Part shown: positions 14,203 through 25,685 of the stretch, one piece after another
How positions within the stretch are numbered: position 1 is the first letter of the stretch
Layout of the letters: each line of letters begins with the position of its first letter
Assembly: GCA_051294375.1 (NCBI GenBank)
Contig: CM119264.1
Coordinates: forward strand, 1,576,522-1,640,521
Direction: 5' to 3'
From: Paraspadella gotoi
Taxonomy: Eukaryota > Animalia > Chaetognatha
DNA: 64,000 nucleotides
Notes under the pieces: generated by a model
What the model was told of the DNA's origin: nothing
Databases searched by the model: none
Seen by the model: only the letters and a program-made list of their open reading frames with translations
Translations under genes and position numbers: made by a program

Positions 14203-16100
14203 AAATAGAGACGAGATCCGCGCAATCAAAGCCTTGCTTCTCTTCGCTGGCATGAGTTTGCTCATGTGAAGATACTGACGCCAAGTATCATTGAATGTCC
14301 TCTTTGCGCAGAAAGCTATACACTTTTTGTCCACTTGAGGACCACGTTCTCGTCTCTGCAGCACTTTGGTAGGAGATCACGTAACCTTTGGGCCATGTCT
14401 CATGGAGATTTGGCTGTCAGGATCAAGTCGTCGACATAAACGAAGAAAACTTTTAACGTCTGTGCCCAAAGTCCTGGAAGATTATCGTCGCAGGATGGCT
14501 TGGAGGACGTTGACGCTGTTCTAAACCCCGTTGTCTTACGTATTGTCGGCAAACCTATCCCATTGGCAGCTTATTGCATCACTCAGTTGTGGGCCAGGCC
14601 TCCGGCGAAGGTTGTTAGCGGGTTTGCAGCGGCTCGTGAGATTGCACCTGGGTTGAAGCAGGCCAAGATGTCGACTGAGGCATGAAGTTCATAGCGTGTT
14701 TGTTATTGCTCCAGTATGGTATGCAATTGTTTGATGTTCAGTTGCCAATAGGTGGACGATTATTATTATTGACTGCCGAGAGGTCGCATATCAAACGCTG
14801 CCATTGTTTTGCAATGGTTTCGTCGTTCATGTCTGGTCTTGGCCCTCGCGAGTATGTCCAGGTTTTTTTATTAGGAAAGGCGTTCGAAAGTAAGCCTTCA
14901 TTTCTTGTTCTAGAGACTATGCCAGCTTTCCTCGTAAACCTCCAGAATAGCCTTTTGAGGGCGGCCTTCTTGACGGGTCCTGATTTGCAAACTTTGGTTT
15001 TGGGAGATCATCGTCGGTGTAGCCTAGGTCGACCTTGTAATTGAGAAACGCCTTCGGCTTGGCAGTCGTTGATGGACTTCGCCGAACACATCCGCTGTAT
15101 ATCCGCAGACTGATGTCCGCCATACGAGTTGGTGCTTTTTCCTTTTAAAGGCTTGGATCGACGTCTTTAATGGCTTTAAAAAGCTTTCCTCTGCGCTCGG
15201 TCGTCAAATGTTTTTTGTTTTCCTCCTTTGACTATTGGGCCTCGTTCTACTTGACTCCAATTCCTCAGCAACTCGGTTTTCGTTGACCTTGGTCGTGGCA
15301 TCGCGGATATGGTCCTTTCGAACGCTTCCTTAGCAGCGGCTCTTTTCCTGTCAAATCCCCCGTACCGCGTTCGACGCGTGTCTCGGGTCTCGAGGCATAA
15401 ACCCGCTTTGGGCTTCATTGGTGATCAGGGGGCGTCAGTTCCCCAGTGGCCAGGGTCGGCCTCGCAGTTTCGGATCCCTTCTTTCAGTTGATCGCCGTCC
15501 GCGTGTATCTTTGTCATCATTTCTCCGCCCGATGATCCACCTTGTCTGGTCAAGGTTTTCCAGTATGCCCTGTTAGAAGTTAGCCTTGTTTTTCCATCTC
15601 GATCTTTTCAAGCATGAATTGGTAAGGCAGTTTGTTCGTCGATGCTTCCTCGCGCTAGCCATCTTGCTGCTTTTAAAGCTTATTTTGTTACCAAAACAGG
15701 TGCGTTATGGGTTTGTTATCCATGACGCAATTTGGCAAATTTTGCCTTTATCGGACCGGTTGGACTACCCAAAGCTGGTCAGGGGGGCCCTGGGTTTGTG
15801 ATGGCAATTCCGATGATTATGTCTTGGTCATTTTCGTCGGCCGAGACATAAAAAACAGTGCGTAAAACCCAGCATTGAAACATCACCCTTAGGTTAATCC
15901 TTTCAGTCAGGTGATTGTTCCAGTGGCCGTTGATAACCGCAGTGGCGTTCCGTGATACACGTGATTCGACAAGCCCCATTTTTCTACGAATTTCCTCGGT
16001 AGCAGTGTTGATGGAGGCGCCTGCGTCATACAAACAACCTGGCTGGGCGCTCCCGCGATTACCGCTGGGATGTAACTGTTTCTGCCCGAGTGGCAGGCGA
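14203..16100 (-). pseudogene. pol: pol fragment: retroviral-type aspartic protease plus reverse transcriptase (many frameshifts)
   Basis: Protease: CLYDAGASIN (~16035-16005), FVEKWGL and the closing DIIIG motif (~15820). RT motifs read across frameshifts: RLICDLSAVNN (~14800-14765), ASVDILACF (~14685-14655), GF-NSVNV-Q (~14530-14500) and FVYVDDL with YVDD at 14438-14427. Confidence 0.88.
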
Positions 16101-16149
16101 GATTCGTGTCGTCTTCTAGGTTCTGGTCCAGGTCCTTCCTCAATCGAGT

Positions 16150-18440
16150 TGGTGGATTCTTTCCGGTAAGCCAGGCATGTCGATTTCATCTCGGCCAGTC
16201 TCCGGCTTCGCCTTCGGAGGAGGGAAGATTTCGGTTGATGGCATTCGAGCTCTATTCGCCTGATTGTGGCCTGATGGAGGGATTCTCCAGTTGTTCGCCC
16301 GGCTATTATACGATAAGTAGGAGTTTTTTTGCTGCCGGTCGGGTCGTAAACTTTCTCAGCCTAATTTTTTCCGTATGCGTTTTTCTGGGTTTGGTCTGTT
16401 GTTTTGTTTTGGATGAGGGTAAGCCTTGGGAGGGCGCCAAAAGATTGGTTGGCTGGTCGGTATTGACTGATCAGTGGCCTTGTTGAGCCAACTTTGATTG
16501 ATTTGACTGGTTGACTGATTCGTCGAGTTGTTCGGTCGATTGGTTGGTTGATTGGCTGATTGGTTGATTGTATTTCAAGTGATTGGTTAGGCTGATTTGC
16601 GACGGCGTCGTTACGTTTTGCTCGCCTCATTAGCTTGGCGCAGGCCCTTTGACCTTGATATGATAGCCATTTTCCGGCTGTGTCCGTGAGAAGGCCATTC
16701 TTTCCATCCCATTTTGTGGAGAAATTTGTTAGCCAGAGAGCGAGTTCGTTGGCGTCAAGAGGTCTAAGCAGTTATACATTCGTGATGCTGTTGATTTTCC
16801 TCTTAGCCTATTCGCTGTGTCTGCTAATTCTTTTTATTTTTCCCCTGAGACAGGCGTCAACGTTTCGGTATTAATCGACATTACCTTCTCACCAAGCTCC
16901 TTGTAAGAGTTCTTTAGCTGTTGTTCTTTAGCTTTCTCGACTTTTTTTAATTTTGTTTACAACGCAGTTGTAGTAGAATTCATTTTTATTTTCGTCAATA
17001 TCAGAAGCAGAAATCAATATCAATATCTCGAGTTAAGTCTACGATGTCCCTTCTTTTTTTCCAAAATAATGGCTTTTTCTCCCCTCCTTTTTCGCGCCAG
17101 CCTTTTGCTTTTGTCGCTTTTCCAGTCGCGGTTTTTGAAAGGTTTCCTTTCTGTCCCTGTAGGGCTGTGTCGTTCTCGACGCTCGAAGCGATCCTCTCGA
17201 TCAGATTGGCGTCCGGTCCTCCCTAACTCCTTCTTAAGCTCCTTCATCATTTCGCTCATGTTGTTCATTTCTTGCAACATTGAGCCTTGATAAAACGCTG
17301 TTGCACTGGCGTCTGGGTCCTTGTCGGTTTGTCCTTTCTGAACAGGGCGTTCACTAATTTTTCTTTGTCGTCTTCCGATACGGTTTTTACGACCTTCCTG
17401 ACGGCGACCGTCGGCGTTTTCTTGAGGTAGCCCCTCAATTTGTATTCTATGCCTTCCGAGGCGGGCGAGTTTCGCCTTTGTTCCAGCATCGTCGTCATTC
17501 CAGTGTTTCCGACGTGATCCCGGGGACATAAGGTTCCAGGGCCTCTACAAGCATTTGCGCCACGTAGTCGGGGATGGAGCCCTGTCCTTCTCCTTACCGC
17601 TCGAAGTTTTCTTAGCGGCGTTGACGAGCGCCAATCCGTATTTGGCATGCACTGAGGGTCCACCTCGATATTTGCTTCTGTGAGGGCTTCAGCGATGCCT
17701 CACGGTGATCCTTCGCAGAGTGCTCTCAGCCCTAGCCACATGGACTGGCTTATGGCTCGACATAGCGGCTGGCGACCTTGTCCCTGGCGAGGAGGGCGCG
17801 CAGTTGCTGGTCGACTTATCCGGCGTTGGTGAGTCCTTAAACGCTTCATAGAAGCTGCGGAGAAAGTCGGCAGGGGATTCGTCCAGATCTCCTTTTCTCG
17901 AAGCTTGATTGGTTGCTCGGCTGGGTGTAAGAGGCGGGTCGCTCCTCCCCGCTTTCTGACGGCGTTCGTCTCTGGAGCTTTGACAAGGTTTCACTGACGG
18001 CTTGTCTAAAAAGTTTTCACCGAGAGGTGATCCGGACGAGCGGCTTCGCGGAGATCAGGGTATAATCCTGATGGTGTGGCTTGGGCGCGAGACAAGCCCA
18101 TGGGCCTCTCGTTGACATCCCGGTGATTATTGTGCTGACTTGGGTCATCATTTGCTGCATCATTCGCGGAGGTCATCGATTTTCGATCCAAGGTTTGCTT
18201 CGCAGTCTTTGACGCGATTTTTTAATATGGCAATCTTTGCTTGTTTTGTTGGTTGACGTCGTTGATTACTTTGAGCACCTGGCGGGTCACCTCCGCCTGG
18301 TCGTTGCCAATGGCAGTGTTCCTGCAGGTAACCGTTGAGTTCAAACTTGTAGAACTCGTGGTCTGCTGCGGTGCTGACTACCGTCTTTGTCCAGCGCGGC
18401 GCCCGTGGTTGGCGTCGCGGACCCCTTTTCCATCCCACTT
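16150..18440 (-). pseudogene. gag: gag-like region of the Gypsy element (fragmented)
   Basis: Lies between PBS and protease. ORF pieces include a coiled-coil-like IAILKNRVKDCEANL, a capsid-like GDLDESPADFLRSFYEAF and a basic C-terminal stretch. No CCHC knuckle could be read. Confidence 0.7.
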
Positions 18441-18515
18441 TAGCGCGTGGATTGTTGGGGGGGTGGGTGTGTCATTTTCTTTAAGGGTGGCGTGGTCCTT
18501 AGGTGGGGTAAGGCG

Positions 18516-18563
18516 AGTTCCTCTTCGTGGAGACGTGGTGTGTCGAATCCACTCCTGTCACCA
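18516..18563 (-). promoter_or_regulatory. Primer-binding site complementary to the tRNA-Leu 3' half, unusually long
   Basis: Plus strand AGTTCCTCTTCGTGGAGACGTGGTGTGTCGAATCCACTCCTGTCACCA aligns, with indels, to the class II tRNA-Leu variable arm, T arm, acceptor strand and CCA. Confidence 0.8.
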
Positions 18564-18882
18564 CAATTTAGTAAGTAGACAGGGATTTCTTGGAGCGAAA
18601 CCAAGTGGAATTTTATTCTTCGAAAATAACGATAAACAAGACGGTGTTGCAATTTCCAAGCAGAGTGAATCAATACAGAATTCGGTTCCCTTTTATACAG
18701 CCCAAACGGGATCGGAGGTAAGGGTAAAATTTCCCGGCCATTTGTTCATTGGCCGGTGCCATGTGTCTTTCAGCCAATAGAATGTTCCATTGTATTTCCG
18801 ATCGATCCGTTGATTTCCGATCCGTTGATCCGATCCGTTGATCCGATTTTAATTCTGGAGTCTTGATTCATCTGCGATGACA
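18564..18882 (-). repeat. 5' LTR (~320 bp)
   Basis: Minus strand starts TGTCATCGCAG near 18882. It has TATAAAA (18697-18691), an initiator-like ATTCACTCTG (18670-18661) and AATAAA (18617-18612), and ends next to the TGG of the PBS. U3 carries short ATCCG(TTG) repeats (18800-18846). The exact 5' edge is ambiguous because the host site also reads TGT. Confidence 0.8.
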
Positions 18883-21625
18883 GTATAGAAATCGTTTATT
18901 TTTCGTATAGTAATATCCTTATAAATTTCTAAAATTAAAATTGGTATTTTAAAAATTTTTCGGATTTGTCAGAAAAAAATAAAAAACTCTTATAAACATA
19001 TCGTTTTATCACCATGTGGCGGGTATATTTCAATGAATATTATTATATAATATATTAATATTTATCAATATATCAACCGTCCTCACGTCCATCAATCCTT
19101 CAGCCAAAATCCATATGTTCAGAGGGGAACACCCAACCAGGGTCAAGTGTTCCATCCATGATATCATGATATATTTTTTAGCTCCAGAGCTTTTTATAAC
19201 TGCATAGATCATTTATTTTTTAAAATTAATCTACTTAACCTTGTTCATATTACTTTTTTAATTTGATCTTAATAATAATTTATTGAATTAAATAGCAACC
19301 ATTTGTGTTCTGGCTTAATGATTCAATCGCTTACAACTTCAAATAATAAATTTAAATATCAAATTAATAGCATATTTGATAAATTTTTATATTATTTTTA
19401 ATATTGTTTATTTCTTTTTATTAATGCACTTATTTCTATACAAAATAATTGAAATAATTTGTTATCTATTCAAAATATTTTTTTACATAATTTTAATAAA
19501 TTTTATTTTAAAGGTAAAAAAACTATCTAAAAATTAAAAAAGTGAAAAATAATGGACTCATTTAAATTTGAATGTTCTGCAAACAAAAATTTAATAAAAA
19601 TTGAATTCGAAATATACGTATCATAAATGTAAGAATTATCTTTGACATTGTTATCTCAGAAATAACATTAATAAAAAGTTCTGCACAATATGTAAAAGTT
19701 AAACTAGACTGTACCATTTGGGACACACTTGTAGTTACTATTTCCACGAGTAAAATTTTGACCTTTTTTATTCGCAATTTTGACACTTGGAAGACAAAAA
19801 AAATTATGATAACATGTTTTATATTTTTGGTCAATTTTTTACAAAAATCTGAACATTTAATAAAAATTATTAAAGAAATTTATTTTGAAAAATTTCTTAT
19901 TATATTAAAGATAATACTATAAATATATTGCATTGCCATAAATACACTGTCTAAGAAAGTTATTTTTAGGTAATACTTGGCAGACTGGTAAAGTCTATTA
20001 CTAAATGCTTCTTAGTGTATGTGTTTCGATACTTGTGTAGCTCAGGTTGACACATACTGTCATATAGTGTAGGCTGGAACCCGCAACTCCAGTATATTTC
20101 TTGAAATGTCTGGTTGTTGAAATGAAACTTTACATACGTAGTGATCAACCATAAAAACTTTTTTAAAAATTAATTTTTATCATGTGATCACATTGGAAAT
20201 ACACATGAAAAGAAAATCACTGTGGCGCAAAACATTGGATAGATCGTTTCTTGTTTTTGTTTCATGCCAACAAATTATTTTGAAAAGGAGAAAAAGGAAA
20301 ATTTTTAAACTTTAGATGTAAGTCTTCATTAGCACAAAAAATAATAATAATAAATAATAAATCATTTGTGAAAAATTTTTGACAATTATAAGGTTTTGCG
20401 TGCTGTGAAAAAAGTGGGGAAAAAAGGGAGAAGAGAGAGAGAGAGGTTCCAAAAAAAATTAAGAAAAAAGACAGTGGAGCTTAAAACAGGTTTAAGAATA
20501 AGTACTAAAGAGTGAGGGAAAAGAAAAGAGAGATAGTTGAGTATAAATTAATAATATATTAACGCAATTTTAAGTTTGCAAACATTTTATTATTTAAATA
20601 ATAAATTTGTAAATAGTAACAATAAACTGCATTAAAGAGAAGAGAGTTAGTAAAAAACATAGAGAAGAAAGAGCTGGCCCCCCAGCTTCTGGACAAAGGA
20701 ATAGCAGTGACGATGTGACCGGGTCATTGGCATGTCATAGGTCATTGGAATCTGAGTCCCAGACTTTATGGACCTCTGGAAAAATGCCTTGGGCTACTTC
20801 AACTTGACCCTGCGATATTGTCTTGCCGGCTCCCTCTTCTTTGCCTTAAGACAAGGCGGGCAAAAGTTCTGTCATATAGGTTCCTGGCATTGGAGCGGAG
20901 ACCTTCTCTAACTGTAGCCGCCTTTTATGTCGGTCGGTGGGTCAGATGGATAACGGTAAGGTTAAGGTAAAAGACCTTTAACGTGCATAAGTATCCTACT
21001 TTTCATGATCACCTTAAAAGGTTGATCACATGACACAGAATTCAATGCAGCAAAACTCATGAAATACTGAGCCTAAACTAGATAGTAAATGCCTTGATAA
21101 AAAATATTTTAAAATATAAAATTAAATCTCTTAGATAAATCAATTATTTTATAATAAAGAAAAGACTAAACTATTAATTATATGGGAGTAAACGATGTAT
21201 CTCTTACTCTCTATACTCTCTTATAGCTCCTTGTCTACATTTAAAGTACAAATCGTGTTGCTCATACTATTAAATATTAAAAAATACATAATTATTAATA
21301 ATAAATGAATTATCAAATTGATTTCATACATAATTAATTAACATTATTATTTATTTAAATATAAGGCAAATAAAATAAGTTATAAATATAGCTCAAATTA
21401 ATAAAATTAGGAACTAATTTAAATATAAGCACAATTAACATTAAACTTTAAAGGGTCGGAGCTGGGAGCCGCGAGCGGGAGCTGGAGCTGTCTCAAAAAT
21501 TTTTAGTGGAGCTGGAGCAGGAGTCGGAGCTGGGAAAAAAAAGATACCTAGCTTGATGATAAAATTCGGAGCTCGGAGTTGGAGCTGGAGCTGAAAAAAT
21601 TTTTTGGCCGGAGCTGAGTTGGAGC
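18883..21625 (-). mobile_element. Inverted partial copy of the hAT-like element, interrupted by the Gypsy LTR
   Basis: Reverse complement of ~25730-28552 throughout, e.g. TTCGGATTTGTCAGAAAAAAAT vs ATTTTTTTCTGACAAATCCGAA and GACGATGTGACCGGGTC vs GACCCGGTCACATCGTC. Confidence 0.85.
20670..20972 (+). mobile_element. Possible SINE nested in the hAT-like element (also at 26390-26715, minus strand)
   Basis: GC-richer island in AT-rich DNA with a degenerate B-box-like GGAATCTGAGTCCC, a CORE-like CCTTGGGCTACTTCAACT and a GGTAAGGTTAAGGTAAAA tail. Confidence 0.35.
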
Positions 21626-22059
21626 AGACAAGGAGTATAAGAGAGTATAAGAGAGTAAGAGATAATCGTTTACTCCCCATATAATTAATAGTTTATTTTC
21701 TTTATATAAAATAATATTTATCTAAAATTTTAATTTTATATTTTAAAATATTTTTTATCAGGATTTTACTATCTAGTTTAAGGCTCAGTATTTAAGAAGA
21801 AGAAGAGATTATTTTTTTATTTATTTAAAATTGAATAATTTTTTTTATTACATTTGTTATTTATGGTGAGTGGCGGGAAAACCTTTTTTGGTCCCTTGTT
21901 AAAACCATGCTCCGCTTATTAAAACGCCTATGCATGTTTATAATTTATATTAATATTTCTATTAGATTCTATATTATTATAGATATTGATTGTATAATAG
22001 TGGTTAATTTTTAATTTATATTATTTATGTCGTCTCATTGCTACTATACTGCAATATTT

Positions 22060-24110
22060 TTATATATTCCAGTCGGACCATGAGGATTGACATGGGGGGC
22101 GCCTTGGACGGAGTCTGCCACTGTTGTTTTCATTTTGCGTTGACCGTCAACAACGCTAAAGGGAATCATTGTCGAGAGGGTGTTATCTCTCGTGAGTCGT
22201 TCATTGGGCTAAGGGGGCGGGGAGGTCCGTGGGAGGCTTGCCGTAGGCGGCGGAAAGTCGGCCGCGTGTCCAGCCTCTCGAGTCGCTAACGACAAGAAAT
22301 TAAGCTACTTTTGGACCTTATGTGAGATGTCCAAATCTCAAAAATATTGTTTTTGCTTTTTTCCCTTTTTAGAGAATTTTAAATTATGTCTGAGTTATCG
22401 TTGCGTCAGGAATCGCGAGATGGTTATACGGGCGGATAAACGTTTATATTTCAATCACATATTTGCGTTAGACCTCGCGGTAATATTGGCGTTAATGTTT
22501 GAGCTCATCGTATTTTGGTTACAAGCTCAGCAATCGATTTTTTTCGATGCATGCGTTCGATGGCTGCCGTAAGTTTTACAACATGTTTTTTCGTGCTTAT
22601 GCTGCGTTAACATCCTAGTTGCGAAGCGGGCGGAGAATTTTGAACATGACTTCCGGTTGTAGCTGGACGCTCGGGATCGTGACGGACGATACGGGCTGAG
22701 GCTACGGAATTTGGTAAGTTGCGTAGGTGCGAAACTGGAAACTTGCTGGCGGGGTCCACTTTCTGTATATATATATATATTGTTTAACTTAGCGTTTTTT
22801 TCCTTAAATATTTTTTGGCTTTAAACTAGAATATCTTTATTTTTTAGGTAATAATGTTCATTTTGTTGTGTTTGGGTTTTCGGCCCAAGTTGCACGCTCG
22901 ACTTTCAATCGATCGTAACGGCTTCGAAAAATTATCTGCGCGGATAAAAGTGTTATTTTATCCATCATGGCCTTTTGTTCGCTGCAGATCTTTCGCGACT
23001 TACGGCTCGTGAAGAAATTTGGGATTTTTTCCCCGCTTGTTCGCGCCCAAGCAATTACAAATTAAACTACGTAGTACTCCTAAGTATTTTTTGGGACAAT
23101 TAGCGATTGTTTTTGGCTAAAATTTTTTTCGAAACAGTATTTTTTTTCTTTGTACCGAACAGGTTCGTTCCTGTCCGTTCGTCTGCGGGGGGTACGGAGC
23201 CAAGTTTTTCGATGAAGAAATATTTTAGTAATTTTTTTTAGAAAATATTTTTTTAAAAATACTGTTGATTCGTTTTGTTAGAAGAAATTGATATTTTGTC
23301 GATTTATTAGTACTTAGGTTTTTCCTAACGGGCCACTAAATTCAAAGTTTTATTTAGTTTTCTTTGCAGATTCGTTTACGTAGGAAGTCGATGAGAAAAA
23401 AGGTTGAAAGTTGAGTGCAAAGGTCAAGGTTCTTGGTTAAGCGAGAGAAAGAGGACGAAAACAACCAACGCTCGCACAAAGCGTGGTTCTTCCCGCGACG
23501 AACAAGAACGGAAGAAACAAAACCGGAACTGCTTCGGAGGCGGTGTTGCCCCAACACACTCCACTGGCTTAGGAAAACGCCCCGATCTGTCACAGTTTTG
23601 GTATTTATTTAGGGCTTTGTGCATTTTTTGGATAGCCTAGGGAAGAGACGACAATTAGAGTAGGAAAGGAATAATATAGAATCTTATCTCTCTCTGATAT
23701 TTTAAATATTATTCGCTAGTTTTGCTCTGCCTAACATTTTTTTCGCTTCTTCGGTAAAATGGGTTTGCTCTTCAGCTTTCAAAAATGACTCTAGTAACGG
23801 ACGGAAGTTTGTGAGTTGGACGCTAAAAATATCACAAGCTTTAGGTCTTTTGGATGTGAATCGGTCAAAACCCCTGTTCAAGACTGATCTGGCCCCTGCT
23901 GTCTGCTGCGCAAGGCGGGCGAGTCTACTCTGAATAAAAGGATGGCGCGGTTCGCAGCAAGAGAATTGGTTGAGAGAGGAACTCCAACTTTTTTTTTCGG
24001 CATTCGGTAAACGGACGGTTTACTTATGTCTGACTACGGCGTGCTTTCTCTTTAGACGGCAAGGGACGCCTACCGAGGAACGCCTTTTAGTAAACTTACT
24101 TTCTATTACG
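22060..24110 (+). pseudogene. Spliced gene-like island of unknown product (frameshifted)
   Basis: Acceptor-like TATTCCAG (22072), CCCTTTTTAG (22372), TTTTTTAG (22847) and TTTCTTTGCAG (23368); donor-like GTGAGA (22322), GTAAGT (~22714) and GTGAGT (23811); GC-richer blocks lie between them. Confidence 0.35.
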
Positions 24111-25685
24111 ACCTTTATTTGAACGAAATGTTTTTAATTACAAATTAAATGTTTGTGGCACACGCTCTTTTCTTGTGTTGAGCATATCTACATTTGGTAC
24201 ATATATTCAGTTTATAATTTATTTAGTTATGTGAGTATTATAATTTATGTATAACTGTACTATCATATTTTTTTGATGGTCCCTCACTCACAGCAATTTA
24301 TTATAATATTAATAGGCACGAGCAAATGTGTGGAGATGCTAGGGATTAGAAGGAGTCCAGCAACAGGTAACAAAGTGAGTATCCTAGTCAGCAATTTGGG
24401 ACACATAAACATTTAAGTTCTTGCTTTTGGAGCACGGGATTGAGTGACCGCAAAGCACTACCGCTGGGCAGGCTTCGTGCATTGCCCGTTGCTCTCCGGT
24501 AGTAATAATCTCTTAGTCCCGATGCCCTTGTAATGAGCCCTGAGCGCGATATTTAATGTGCGTAACAATGGATTGGAAATGAGGGTAAAGCTGAGTGGCT
24601 AGTGATTCACGTGGAACATGCTATCGAAAAGAGCGAGAAGGGATCTTGCCCAATCAAGATAAAGAAGTAGAACGTAGACCACGTAGTAGCGAAGGAGAGA
24701 GCGTATAGAGAGGAAGAAGTAGTAGAGAGAGAGGAGTAGTATGTATGAGTTATGTTAGAGAGAAGAGCGATATTATTTTGGAGTTTTCAGAGTGAAGGTA
24801 TGCAGGAGTTTCTAAGTATGTGTGGATCTATTAGGGAGAATTTTTATGATCCCTCTCCAGATATTAATAAGAATTGAAAAATAGTATATGCACTAGGAAA
24901 ACAAATTATTTTAACTCTGGTTTTGCTCTCTATTTTGCACCACAAACAGTCTATGCTGATTAAGTCTGAGCAGCCAAAATATCGAGAATATGAAAATTAT
25001 AAGAGATTCAGGTGATATTTTAACTTATTTTGTTAGATGCTTACAGCACGTGTATACAATCAAAGTAAATATAAGAATAGTATTTCAAAGCTAGATTAAG
25101 GAGAGAAAATAATTATAAATTACGTATATAAGTCGTGAAAGGAAGTTGGGGGGAAAAAGGCGGCTTCAAGTTATCGCACACATACAGTGTAATACATTTA
25201 TCAGAAATCTGTGCATTTTAGCATTAAAGAAGACCAAGGAAACGACACCTTGAGAGATGGCATGGGAAAAGACAAAGGAAGCGACTAGAGTGTGGCCATG
25301 GAAAATATAAGGAAGAGAACTTAGAAGATGGCATGGAAAGATAAAGCGAAGGCGACTTGAGAGCGGCATGAAAAAGAATAAGTGAAGCGGACTTGAAGAT
25401 TGGCATGGAAAAGATAAGGAAGGCGACCTAGAGTGGCATGGAAAATATAAGGGAGCGACTAGAGTTGGCATGGAATATAAGGAAGCGACTAGAGTTTGGC
25501 ATGGACAGGCATGGTGGAATTGGGTGGTATACGTGACCATTCCGGTGCTCAAAAAAACTGAAAAGAGGAAATTGAAGAGAAGAAGGCACGAAAGAACAAA
25601 TTCTGAGACAAAGAGTAAAAAACAAAGAATAAAAAGGAAGATAAAAAAACAAAAAAAAGAAACAATGAGGTTAACAACCACACAC

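Larger units (their letters stand above)
14203..18882 (-). mobile_element. Ty3/Gypsy-type LTR retrotransposon, frameshifted, 3' part lost at an assembly gap
   Basis: Minus-strand order is LTR (18882-18564), tRNA PBS, gag-like region, aspartic protease, then RT. RT following protease with no integrase between them excludes Copia. RNase H, integrase and the 3' LTR are not seen because the sequence stops at the gap 14178-14202. Confidence 0.9.
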
